DNA of 63,564 nt, counting the filler, from Kipferlia bialata (taxonomy: Eukaryota): the NCBI GenBank assembly GCA_003568945.1. It is 4 parts of 4 records of this genome, joined end to end, with 100 filler letters (N's around TTAATTAATTAA, not from the genome) between each part and the next. Parts side by side here need not be neighbours in the genome. Positions count along the whole stretch, not along the records: positions 1 to 23,833 come from BDIP01000247.1; positions 23,934 to 47,549 come from BDIP01000251.1; 2 more parts are not named here. The stretch is one strand, 5' to 3'. The translations under genes and the position numbers were made by a program. The notes under the pieces were generated by a model. That model saw only the letters and a program-made list of their open reading frames with translations, did not search any database and had not been told where the DNA came from. Below, piece after piece: positions 14,663-25,013 of this stretch (the stretch's first letter is position 1; the number at the start of each line of letters is the position of its first letter).

Positions 14663-15619
14663 CACATCTAGGCATGGCCGGTATCTACTCCCAGCAGAAC
14701 GAGCAAAGAGGCTGCTTTGGAAGGAGGAAGGAGGCGACGAGGCACAGAGGTATGCTGCAATCGTGTGACTTACACTCTTTGTGTATATTCTGGTGTTTGC
14801 TTCCATTATTGTGTATCTTCTCCTCACCTCCAGGTCAGGGCTACGCTGTTCCCAGGAACGACGCCACACTCAACAAGGTGTGTATGATACATTGGATATA
14901 TACATATATACATATACTTGATATAACTGATTCCAACTACTATTGAGAACCATCTACTATACACGATGCCACACTCAACAAGGTACATAATGCATAGAAT
15001 ATCTGTATTGCGACTCTTTCAATTGGTACATACTCCTTCGGGTATACACCGTGTTACTTACATTCAGGTCAAGGTCTTCAGAGTGCGCAAGAAATACTAT
15101 TATTATAATAATAACATATTCTTTCATTCATTACTCTCTTATTCTCTATTCTTACTGTAATTGACCTTAGGTCAAGGCCTTTAGAGTTGTGCTGAAGAAG
15201 AACGAGCAGAACCCCGACAAGACACGCTCCCACATCCCAGGTGACTACTTACGCGATTATCTTGCTTTCAACATCTTACGCGATTGATCTGACCCCCAGC
15301 TGCCATTGCCGGACAGGGTACCCTGATGACACCGGGCAGAGTGTTCCTGGTCATGTGGCTGAGGTATACTCTCTCTCTCTCTCTACTGTTATTGTAGTCA
15401 TGTGGCTGAGGTATATAGTTTTAGTTTAGTCCCTCTCTCTCTCTCTCTGTCTCTCTACATAATTAGGTGTTACTACATGAATATGTGTGACATCGAGTGT
15501 TCCTGGTCATGTGGCTGAGGTATACTCTCTCTCTTTCTCTCTCTCTCTCTATCTCTTTTCTCTTTTGGGTGTATCCATATGTATATATGCTCTTCCTAAC
15601 ATCCTAGGCCCCAGATTGC

Positions 15620-15654
<35 letters not shown>

Positions 15655-18200
15655 ACCCTTTATTCATTCCAGGCCCCAGATTGCCAGATGTCTTGCAGCC
15701 AGGAATGCAGCCGAGAGAGACATGTTCCTGGATGCAGGTACTGTTATACTATATAATATATGTTACAATAGGTATATATACATGTATTGTTATATATGCA
15801 TATCATTTATGGACATATGTACATATCTATCTAGGAATGCAGCCGAGAGAGAGATGTTCCTGGATGCGGGTACTTCTCTCTCTCTCTCTCTATCTCTCTA
15901 TCTATGTGTGTATATATATATATGTGTGTGTATCTGATTCTATATACTGACCCCAGGTGCCTTCCTTGTCCCCACCCCCCAGTGCCAGGATCCCAAGTGC
16001 AGAAGACCAGGTACAGTATAGATAGTATATATATATATTATTCACTATATATATGTCTACACGTATACAATACATATATACATTTTTCATACCATTGTAT
16101 ACAAGTGCAGAAGACCAGGTATGTCTATGTATACGGTAACTCACTTGCCACATACACGTGTCACTCACAATCCAGCATGTTTCTACTGTGACAAGTGCCG
16201 CAGGGCTGGCAAGGGGTGCCCATTCCTCTACTGCAGGTATGGCTGTTTGTGTGTGGCATACCAGTAATCCCCTCTTGCTGCTGGAAATGACAACATTGTA
16301 TACTATGCTTATACGGAGCTAAACCATTGTGTATAAGCCAATGCTCTAACCACCCAGGGAGCACATGCTGTCTGTCCACACAGGCATCACGTCCTACAAC
16401 AGGTGTGGATGTATGGGTACAATATCAGTATTCTTTGGGTTATAGTTCACTTGCTGGTGTAGTATTCTGGGACTGTACAGCTTATGGTATTTGCTAGTCT
16501 ACCCTCAGGCCCCTCTTTGACAAGATCCGGTATATTTACATACATATATCGCGTAGTTTTTGACCCCCAGGCCCCTGATTGACAAGATGCGCAAGAAGGG
16601 CATGGACGCCGACAACTACGGTGCAGCAGTCACATACGCCAAGAGGGACCACCTGGTGTCTAGGTATAATATGCATCTGGTACCTTTTATTATGTATTAT
16701 ACGTTATATAGTAGTGTTACACTTCTAGTGTGTTGTAGTCACATACGCCAAGAGGGACCATCTCGTATCTAGGTGCAGTTTGATATCTCAGCCTCTCACT
16801 CTGTGTTGTTCTCTCTCTCTCGCACGGTTATCTCTCCCTTACCCCCTCAGGATCCTCGAGTGCAGTGTGTGCCACAAGATCAGCATCATGTACCCAATGG
16901 ATGTGGTCAACATGGCAAGGTAGCAATCGCGTAGTATGTACTCTATCAAGTAGCTCGCGGCTGAATGTGAACCATCGCGTAGCATGTGTTTTCTCTATCG
17001 TGTAGCTAATTGCAGGCCACAGGCTGAGGCCGACGAGTGTGAGTGTGACGCTGAGGGGCACAGACATGTCAGTAAGGCAGATGGACATGTGCACAGCCAC
17101 AACAGACTGGAGACCATGAGGCTGATGTGCAGGTTAGGAGTATGTTTATGCATGTAGTAAGTGTATACTGCAATGATATCCATGCATCTAATCCTAGCTG
17201 CTGCAGAGAGGACATGGGCATCCAGAGAGACATATATAGCTACATTACTATATATATGTTAGGTATACTCTATTAATTAATATATCTAACCCTCCAGTTG
17301 CTGCAGAGAGGACATGGGTATCCAGAGGGATGTTGTCTCCACCATTGAGCCCTGTGACCTGTGTGGAGTGCTGGCCAGTACTATAAGGTACAGAACATGG
17401 ATATATATATATATATATATATATGACTCCAATATATATATACATAGAGAGAGAGAGAGTCACTATATATATGTATATGTGTAAATATACATTGAGCCCT
17501 GTGACCTGTGTGGAGTATTGGCCAGTACCATCAGGTACAGTATATGTATGGTGGTATATGAATGTATATATATATGTATGTATGTAGATATATATAGTTA
17601 CATGTATTTATTGCTGGCCAGCACCATCAGGTGCAGAGCATGTATATACTACCGTTGTCAGTGACTAGTCAGCATAGTGAAGAGCGTCTCTATTACTGGA
17701 GTTAGTGTTTGCTAATATACTCTGTTGGTCATCCACTGACCCCCCAGGTGTCTATCTTGCCCAGGTGGCAGGAAGCTCTGCAGTGCATGTGACTATGTCG
17801 TGCATGTCGAAGGTATCTACCCTCCCTCTCTCTCTCTCTCTTTCTCTCTCTCTCTATATATACATATATGTGTATGTATTATTATGTGTATTATTATTAT
17901 GTGTATTATTATTATGTGTATTATTGTTATTATTCACTAACCCTAGGCTGCAGACCCTACCACAGACGCCTCCCTGTCACTGACACCCTGCGGACAGATG
18001 TTAACAGTGAGCACCTGCTCATGAGTGTGGAGGACAGGTATGTATCGCGTAGACTTAGTATTGATCGTGTAGCTAATCTCAGGGCTGCTCAGATGCTCAA
18101 GCCCGAGAGAGAGACTGGCAGAGAGAGAGAGAGAGAGCTCAAGAAGGGAGTGCGGGTCGAGGGGAGAGACGCCGTGCTTGCAGCTGGTGGTATCGTGTAG
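1..18200 (+). CDS. Large multi-exon (many tens of exons) type-I membrane protein, 5'-partial: Cys-rich ectodomain, one TM helix, cytoplasmic tail with B-box-like zinc fingers
   Basis: Exons chain in frame through GT/AG sites at the junctions I checked. Examples: 121-204 TMLSAVMTSPEG; 5570-5626 GVYLLDGECVTCPVGSYCP (GCC2/GCC3-like Cys repeat); RWHHYTLNLDF (~7258, LamG/ConA-like). TM segment EWVMLVAVGVACIMTLAMIVNCI (~13250-13320) is followed by basic RWCVRPSPKKAWR. C-terminal region CDLCGVLASTIRCLSCPGGRKLCSACDYVVH...HRRLPV. Stop TAG at 18198-18200. Not every junction was verified, so this could be more than one gene. Confidence 0.72.
110..120 (+). other. Representative 3' splice site with the branch point fused to the acceptor (window-wide consensus CT[A/C/G/T]AC-C2-4-[C/T]AG)
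   Basis: ACTAACGCCAG here. CTCACCCCAG, CTTACCCCAG and CTGACCCCCAG precede most exons on both strands. Confidence 0.8.
5463..5547. other. Scaffold gap (N run) inside an intron
   Basis: Run of N without the TTAATTAATTAA spacer. Confidence 0.95.
13699..13734 (+). repeat. Intronic minisatellite, 3 x TAGTAAATAATG
   Basis: Directly visible tandem 12-mer. Confidence 0.85.
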
Positions 18201-18659
18201 TTTTAGAGAGAGAGAGAGAGAGAGAGAGAGACGTGTGAGTGTGTGTGTGGCGGGCTAGGATTGCTACTGGTTCGCCTTGTATTGTTTGGAATGTTTGTTC
18301 GTTGTTGTGTTTGGTTGTTGTGGATCATGTGGGGTGATTGCAGAGTGACTAGCTCTGTTTCTAGCCCATGGTTCCCCTTGTTTTGTGTCTTTTGTGTTTT
18401 CGTGTTGTTCACATTGTCAATAGATTATGCTGATGATTACAAAGTATTGGGTCACATTAGTCCTTTGTATTAATATCACTGTCAATGACGGTAAAGAACC
18501 TGTTAATGAGTGTCATTAATAATAACCCCAACTAGATCATCTATCAAAAACACCAAAGGGTGTAGGTTCTGGCACCTCTTACCCCAGACGAGCTGCTATT
18601 CATAAGCTTATCAGTGTGTCTGCCTTCAGTGTTGGTAGTGGGAGGGAGTGTCCTGTACC

Positions 18660-21204
18660 ATGGAGAGTGTAGAGGGAGAGGATGAAGGGGTAGAGGTCCT
18701 AGTAGAGGGAGAGGGAGAGAGAGAGAGAGAGGGTGCTGAGTGTGTCTCTGAAGGAGAGCATGTTAGCTTAGAGGGGGAGGGAGATGCAGGTGTAAGTCTA
18801 GAAGGATCCCAGGGTGAGAATGAGAGAGAACATGGCTCTGAAGATGAGCAGGGTAGCCACCTGGAGGTGGCTGACCCTGATACTGGAGGTACTGTTGTTA
18901 TAGAAGGAGAGAGAGAGAGAGAGGCTGCAGTAGGTACAGAAGGTGATGAGAGGGATGGAGAGACTGGTACCGAAGAGAATGCAAGCCTGGTGTCTCCTAC
19001 CTGCCCCCTTGGATCTGAAGATCAGAGGGAGAGGGAGAGAGAGAGTGAGGCAGAGCTGAGTGTGAGCATGACATCAGTGTCTGAGAGTCTAGGGAGAGAC
19101 AGACCAGAGGGAGAGGGAGAGATAGAGGGAGAGAGAGAGCACCAGGAGAGAGAGAGTGTGGTTGAGATGCTGATCGACCAGTTCAATGAGGTATGTCTGT
19201 ATATATATATCCAGCTCCCCACTGGCTCTTCCTCTAATTTCTGTATATATATATCCAGCTCCCCACTGGCTCTTCCTCTAATTTCTGTAGTCTTATCAAA
19301 CAGGACCAGAATTCCCCCCCCCCCCCCCCCCCCCCCCCTTTCCCAGCACAATCTCTGTTTCTCCCCTCCCGCTCCATTGTTCTCCCACTAACACTAAGTC
19401 ACATTGCCTCCCTTACCTTCACCCCCCCCCTCTCTCTCTAGCGTAGTCTCTCCCCCCTCACCCTCCAGTTACATAGCGTCCCTGGCCTTCACCAATGCCG
19501 GCTTCTGCAACCACTGGCTCAAGGGCACATTCAGACAGGACTTCAAGCTAGGTGGGTGGATTCGTCTCCCCCTTTGTATGTTTGTAGGGCTGCACTTGGT
19601 CTCTGCCTCTCTCTCTGTTTGTTAGTGTGTGTCTCTCCCCCTCACCCCAGTGTGCCCTGAGTGTTGCACCCAACACTATGTAGGGTGTCCACTGCACAAG
19701 GTATACAAACCAGAATGTGCATTGTTGTGATACCTCTTAGATACCGACTGTCGGTCCCATGACATACAGTAGTACTTTTGGTGACAATATATGTACATTG
19801 TTGTTGATATATACCCTCTTACATTCAGACTGTCCGTCCCCTGACCTCTGCCCCCCAGACCCCTTCCCACTCAGGTGGAGACAGGGAGAGTGAGGCAGAG
19901 AGAGATAGGGAGAGAGATCGGGAGAGAGAGGCAGAGAGAGAGAGAGAGAGGAAGAAGATGAGGGAAATTGAGAGGGACAAGGAGATATCGATGCTAGTCA
20001 AAGAACAGAAGGAGAGGCAGAGACGGGAGGAGAGAGAGAGAGTGAAGGAGAGACAGCGACGGGAGGAGATCAATGCGAGGGCACAGAGAGACAAGGAGAG
20101 GAGGAGAAAGGTATGCTTCTATATCTGACAAACTCCAAGCAGAGTTTGTATCATGTGGTTCTGGTCTGCATATATTATATTGAGGCTTGTTGCGAAAGTG
20201 ACTCTAGGTGGCGAGAGATAGTGGTGGAGACACAGAGAGGGAGAGGCGGGAGAGTGCCAATGTGCGCTCTCTCACCAGACGCCTTCTGAGTGGCACAGCT
20301 GATGGGGTCATACCCTCTAGCCAGCCCAGTCAGGTAGGGGTACAACATATGGTCACATGTGTATAGAGACATGTATATACACATGTAGAGACACATGTAT
20401 ATAGACATATGTTTATTGATTAACTATTTCTTTGACCCCAGACTGTGTCTGTCCTTGGCAATCTTGTCATACTAGTGTGTGTACACTCTATATCTATATA
20501 TGTGTACCATTATCTCATTCCAGACTGGCTATGTCCTTGGCAATCTCTGCCATACTAGTGTATATACTACATATACATGTATCTATACATGCTAATCATT
20601 ATATGACCCCGTTCCTGTCGTGTGTAGATATGCATGTGAAATGAATCAATTACTACTTATAATGTATAATAATAGCATAGTCTCACCCCAGACTGGCTCT
20701 GTCCTTGGCTCTAGGCGTGTCTCAGCTGTGGTCAGTGCCAGAGACACAGTAGGGGATAGGGGTGGTAGGAGGGACAGAGGGAGTGATAGACACACGGAGG
20801 GTAGGGACCCCAGTAGCTATGTGGGCCCTACCCAAAGGAGCCAGGCTGAGGCTGATGCCAGTGATATAAGAGGGAGAGACAGTCAGACAAGCAGACAGAG
20901 ACCCTCCAAGGGGTCTGCCTCCCCAGCCAGACAGGACTACACCTCTGGGCATAAGGGATCAAGCACTCTGAGGCACTCATCCACCAAGGGGTCCAAGACT
21001 AGCAAGGCATCTAAGGCATCCAGGGGGAAGAGACCAGGGGCCCTCCAGGTGTGTCTGACCACACTCCTCCGGGAGAATCTATCTATTGTGTATCAACCTA
21101 ACCCCAGGTCCCCCAGCCATCCCCCCCTCCCACCCCCAAGGTGGACTCCGTGCTGTCCCCCTCCATATCACCCTCTGACTGGTGGGCACAGACAGAGTAG
21201 ATAG
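18660..21204 (+). CDS. Hypothetical protein: acidic N-terminus, small Cys/His cluster, ER-rich charged coil, low-complexity C-terminus
   Basis: ATG 18660 MESVEGEDEG..., exon 1 ends at 19190. Exons 19469-19551 and 19651-19700 give YIASLAFTNAGFCNHWLKGTFRQDFKLVCPECCTQHYVGCPLHK. Further exons lie at 19829-20110, ~20208-20333 and 20692-21048. Phase between exon 1 and 19469 does not match, so a micro-exon may be hidden near the poly-C tract. Confidence 0.55.
19196..19289 (+). repeat. Perfect 44-nt tandem duplication at an intron 5' end
   Basis: TCTGTATATATATATCCAGCTCCCCACTGGCTCTTCCTCTAATT twice, plus a partial third copy. Confidence 0.9.
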
Positions 21205-21552
21205 GCCATATGATTATTGTATGTGGTGTTCTCCATATGATTGTATGTGGTGTTCTCATCTGAGAGCTTGTAGTTTTTTTTGTTGTTCCAATAAACCCCT
21301 TTTCAGAGAGAAAGTTGGTACCAGTTCATGCCTTATACTCTTTTCAACCACTGCTGGACTCTGTCTTACACGTGACTGCTGAAGGTAGTCCTGAGGCAAG
21401 GCTACAACAGCCCGCTAATAACCCTTGTGCCTGGCTACTGTACCTGTGCTACTGGTAGAGTGGGGAGAGAGTGCCCCTGACTGTGAGACTTAGTGCCATC
21501 CCACCTACCCCCTCTCTATCCATTCACAGGGTCTAAGGGGCAGTAGGGTGAG

Positions 21553-21907
21553 ATGGACGACCTCCAGCTAGAGCTGGAGGAACTCAAGGCTATCAGGTGG
21601 GGTACATGTGTATGTATAGTATCCACTCTCTCACCTGGCTGACTGTCCCATATATTTACTATCCTCACCCTAGGCTTGAGGTGGTGGCAGACCTTCTGGC
21701 CACACAGGATGAGACATCGGCACTGCAGGTAGGAGGTTTTGTACTACTATACACTTGTGGAGCTGATTGTGTAATAACATGGGTGCAACTCCCTCTCACT
21801 GTTACCTAACATTGCTTCTAACTCCACAATTCTATACTCACTACCCTCACCCGGGTCATGGACCTGGTGCTATGCTGTTGTGCTCGACATCTTTAGATCA
21901 GTTGTAC

Positions 21908-21954
<47 letters not shown>

Positions 21955-23833
21955 ACCTCCGTCTCCCTGACCATTCAGCTTCACCCATGTCCTCTGCGGA
22001 CGTGTCTGCCTCGAATTCCTTTTCTCTCTCCCCCAAGGTAAAGCGGTTCCTTCTCTCTTCCCCCCCCCCCCCCCTTCCCCTCCCACGACTCCTCATTGTC
22101 TCTTCCTGGTTTAGTGTACCACTTGTTCTACGTGCCCCTTCTGTCTATCCCCTCTATTACCAGGTTGGAAAGGAGGTCCCCTTCCAGTTTGTTGCGGCCT
22201 CTCTCCCTGCGTCCCCCGCCTCCCTCAGGCTCCGTATACCCAAGTTCTTCTCCAAGATGGAGAGGGAGAGAGAGAGAGAGAAGGATACCCCCTCCATATC
22301 ACCCTGCCTCACTAAGAGAGACCGTCAGATTGGGAGAGAGAGGGAGAGGGGCCGGGTCTCTGGTGATACCTCTGTCCTCGCCTCCCCCCTGTCTCCATCC
22401 AAGTCAAGGAAGGACTCGTTCAGAATCAACCCCAGGGTACGAGAGTGTGCATGTATTGACTACATGATCCCCCTCCCCCCCCCCCCCTCTCATCCCCATT
22501 ATCCATCATGTCAACCCCCCCCCCACTCTCACCCCAGTCCCCTGCCCACTCCCTTGGTGCCCTCTTCACCCCATCTGAGGTGTGCACTCGGGAGGAGTTC
22601 GTGCGCCGCACCCTCTCCCCTATGCCTGGGGCTGAGGGGGCTGAGGGGTGTGTGTGCAGCGGCAAGGGAGAGAGTGGGTACTGCACCCTGGATGGGGGTG
22701 AGGGTGAGGAGTGGGTCAAGTGCACTGTTGTGTTGTATAGTCTCTCCTCTACTTTCCCATACTCCCCCCTCCCCTCGTATCAAACATTGACTGCATACCT
22801 TGCCCCTTACCACCAACCATCTCACTCTGATTTAGTGCCCCCCCCCCCTTCTCTCTCTCATCTCAGTTTGACTCTGTGTGTCCAAAGAGATGGGACGGAG
22901 CCATAGGAGCGGAGGCAGCCCGTGCCGTTCAGTCAAAGGTAAGCTCTCTCTCTCTCTCCCAGTCTTACTCTCCCCCTACTCTCTCTCTCCTCCTCATCCC
23001 AGGACAAGACCGATGGCATGAACCGGACTGTCCACCTGATTGGGGGTGGGGATAGTCTCTCAGGCACTGTCAGTCTATCAGACACTGCAAAGAATGTGGT
23101 CTCTGCCCCTGCCTCTGCTGCCTCTGAGAGGATAGATGCCCAGGACAGTGTGTCTGTGGCCAATGATAGGAGGGTCAGACACGCACTCCAGCGCATAGCA
23201 TGTCAGGTAGAGTATAATAACGCCTTTCACATTTGGTGACCTATAGTTTATATATATATTTGCATTCCTCATACTGTCATTGAGTTTCATATATTCACCC
23301 TAGGCACACCTGGTACCCACCGAAGAGGCCGCATCTCTCTCTCTGACAGATCTAGAGGCACTTGTGCCCCCAGACGTGGTCAAGGAGGTGAAGGTGAGGA
23401 ATATAGAGATAGTCCTGATTCAACCCAACTGCCTCGCTTCCTCCCTTTCCATTCTCACGCTAGGGGTGCTACCTGGCCGTCAGGTCCAACCCCCGCACCT
23501 GGTGCAGAGACAACCCCAAGGTTGGGAATTTAGTGTAGACACCAATACCATATACTGACTGTAGCATAGTAGAGTGTGGTACAGTATCATTTCCACACCT
23601 TTGACCCAGGATGCTGCCTCCTCTCGCATAGGGGCAGCAGAGTTCAACAGGAGGGCCCGATGGCTGGAGCAGAACCTCATGGTGAGGAGAGGTGTCTCAC
23701 ATTATATACTCCATGTCTTTTATCAGTTGGCTCATCTTATGACAGGTCCTGGACACTCAGTTTGGCCCCCGTATCCTCGCCTTCCAGTCCACTCTGGCCG
23801 AGGTCGGCAAGGTGTTCCTCGCAATCACCCCAC
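21553..23833 (+). CDS. 3'-truncated gene; paralog of the N-terminal tail of the divergent dynein-heavy-chain-like gene at 25014-47314
   Basis: Starts MDDLQLELEELKAIR. Contains LRLRIPKFFSKM, EEFVRR, GYCTLDGGEGEEWVK and PDVVKEVK|GCYLAVRSNPRTWCRDNPK|DAASSRIGAAEFNRRARWLEQNLM|VLDTQFGPRILAFQSTLAEVGKVFLAITP. These match minus-strand exons at 43763-46240 with the same intron positions. The contig ends mid-exon. Confidence 0.75.
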
Positions 23834-23933
23834 NNNNNNNNNNNNNNNNNNNNNNNNNNNNNNNNNNNNNNNNNNNNTTAATTAATTAANNNNNNNNNNN
23901 NNNNNNNNNNNNNNNNNNNNNNNNNNNNNNNNN
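23834..23933. other. Artificial contig spacer (N44-TTAATTAATTAA-N44)
   Basis: The same 100-nt construct recurs three times; TTAATTAATTAA has stops in all six frames. Confidence 0.97.
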
Positions 23934-23982
<49 letters not shown>

Positions 23983-24100
23983 GGGAGAAACATACATACC
24001 ATTAGCGGCTCCTTCTTAACATAATTAAGCATCAAATTTACATAGATAGGTGTAGACATTGATATCATGTGCATGTAGGCATATACATGTTCTGACATAC

Positions 24101-24370
24101 CATGAGCTGCTCCAGGGTCTCTACTCCCTCGTGCCTCTTGAACCTCTCTCTCTCCTCCTCGTCCATGATCTCAGGGTAGTCGTCGATGTCGTTGTTCCAC
24201 TGGTAATCCAGCCACTGGTAGTTCATCTTGTAGTCTGCCTCCAGGTCTAGCAGCATCTTGAGGATGATTGGGATAGCTTCTGCCTCGTTTCTAGCATACT
24301 CGCGACAACTCCCAGGCTGGGGGCCGTCATCAGAGTACAGGTATGTGTAGTTGCACTCGATCACTAGCAT
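24101..24370 (-). CDS. Hypothetical protein, first exon (rest lost at the contig end)
   Basis: MLVIECNYTYLYSDDGPQPGSCREYARNEAEAIPIILKMLLDLEADYKMNYQWLDYQWNNDIDDYPEIMDEEERERFKRHEGVETLEQLM followed by a GTATG donor. Protein-like composition; no family recognised. Confidence 0.55.
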
Positions 24371-24960
24371 AACTATGTTCACAAAAGGCGATATGGCTGT
24401 GATAGAGATATGGCTCTCAACTTGGTGCTCAGAAATCGAAAACCGGAAAATCGGCAAAAGTGAGAATTCTGATGACAGGTCTCTGCACACATGGCCTTAT
24501 ATATCTGGATATATGCCAATATCCAACAAGTAGTTGATTTCGTAGCTTCTGCTGGAATGCTGTTTTATCCTGGAATGTTCATTTCCAAAAGCCGAGAATA
24601 GACTCTCAACTCCTTGTTGTTCTGTGTGTCAGTATCAGTATACTCGCCATCAGTGAAAATACCCACTCTGCACTATTGAACACATCTATTGAAGCAACCT
24701 GCGAGGCACGCGAAGCTGACCCCCGGGGGGCAGTTTCAGAGAGCTCGCAAGTGCATATATGTCACAACATCTCGAGACTAGCCACGTGGACCATACCCTG
24801 TGTGTTACACACAAATGTGTGTCCTTCTAAATCCAACCAAAACACGGTCGAATAGAAGTGAAAATCTCTGGGAATCGTCCACAATCGAGTCTCTCCCGCG
24901 CATACGATCTCTTTCTCTCTCTGTCGCTTTCGTCCACTCTCGCTCTCCCATCTGCATACG

Positions 24961-24999
<39 letters not shown>

Positions 25000-25013
25000 C
25001 CTCTCTCTGTCCC

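Larger units (their letters stand above)
579..17632 (+). repeat. More than 30 short (15-55 nt) intronic direct copies of adjacent exon starts or ends including the splice site, usually next to (CT)n or (TA)n tracts
   Basis: Approximate pairs: 581/664, 860/938, 1101/1184, 1409/1518, 3326/3434, 4091/4196, 9731/9814, 10206/10330, 12498/12607/12704, 13773/13882, 16629/16738, 17344/17491. Confidence 0.92.

Noticed and set aside
579..17632. Short direct repeats with spacers resembling a CRISPR array
   Set aside because: Each repeat is different and matches its neighbouring exon. There is no constant repeat and no cas genes, and the context is eukaryotic.
21908..21954. Long poly-C/poly-G tracts (also 19314, 23934, 47505, 60285) and their poly-Pro/Gly ORFs
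   Set aside because: Intronic homopolymers of unreliable length, often at contig ends; not coding.
23878..23889. TTAATTAATTAA palindrome between N runs (also 47594 and 60376)
   Set aside because: Artificial six-frame-stop spacer. Gene neighbourhoods across these points, including the adjacency of the two dynein-like paralogs, carry no biological meaning.
24701..24748. GC-rich imperfect hairpin (GAAGCTGACCCCCGGGGGGCAGTTTC) in an intergenic region
   Set aside because: No tRNA, snRNA or snoRNA hallmarks recognisable; insufficient support for an ncRNA call.
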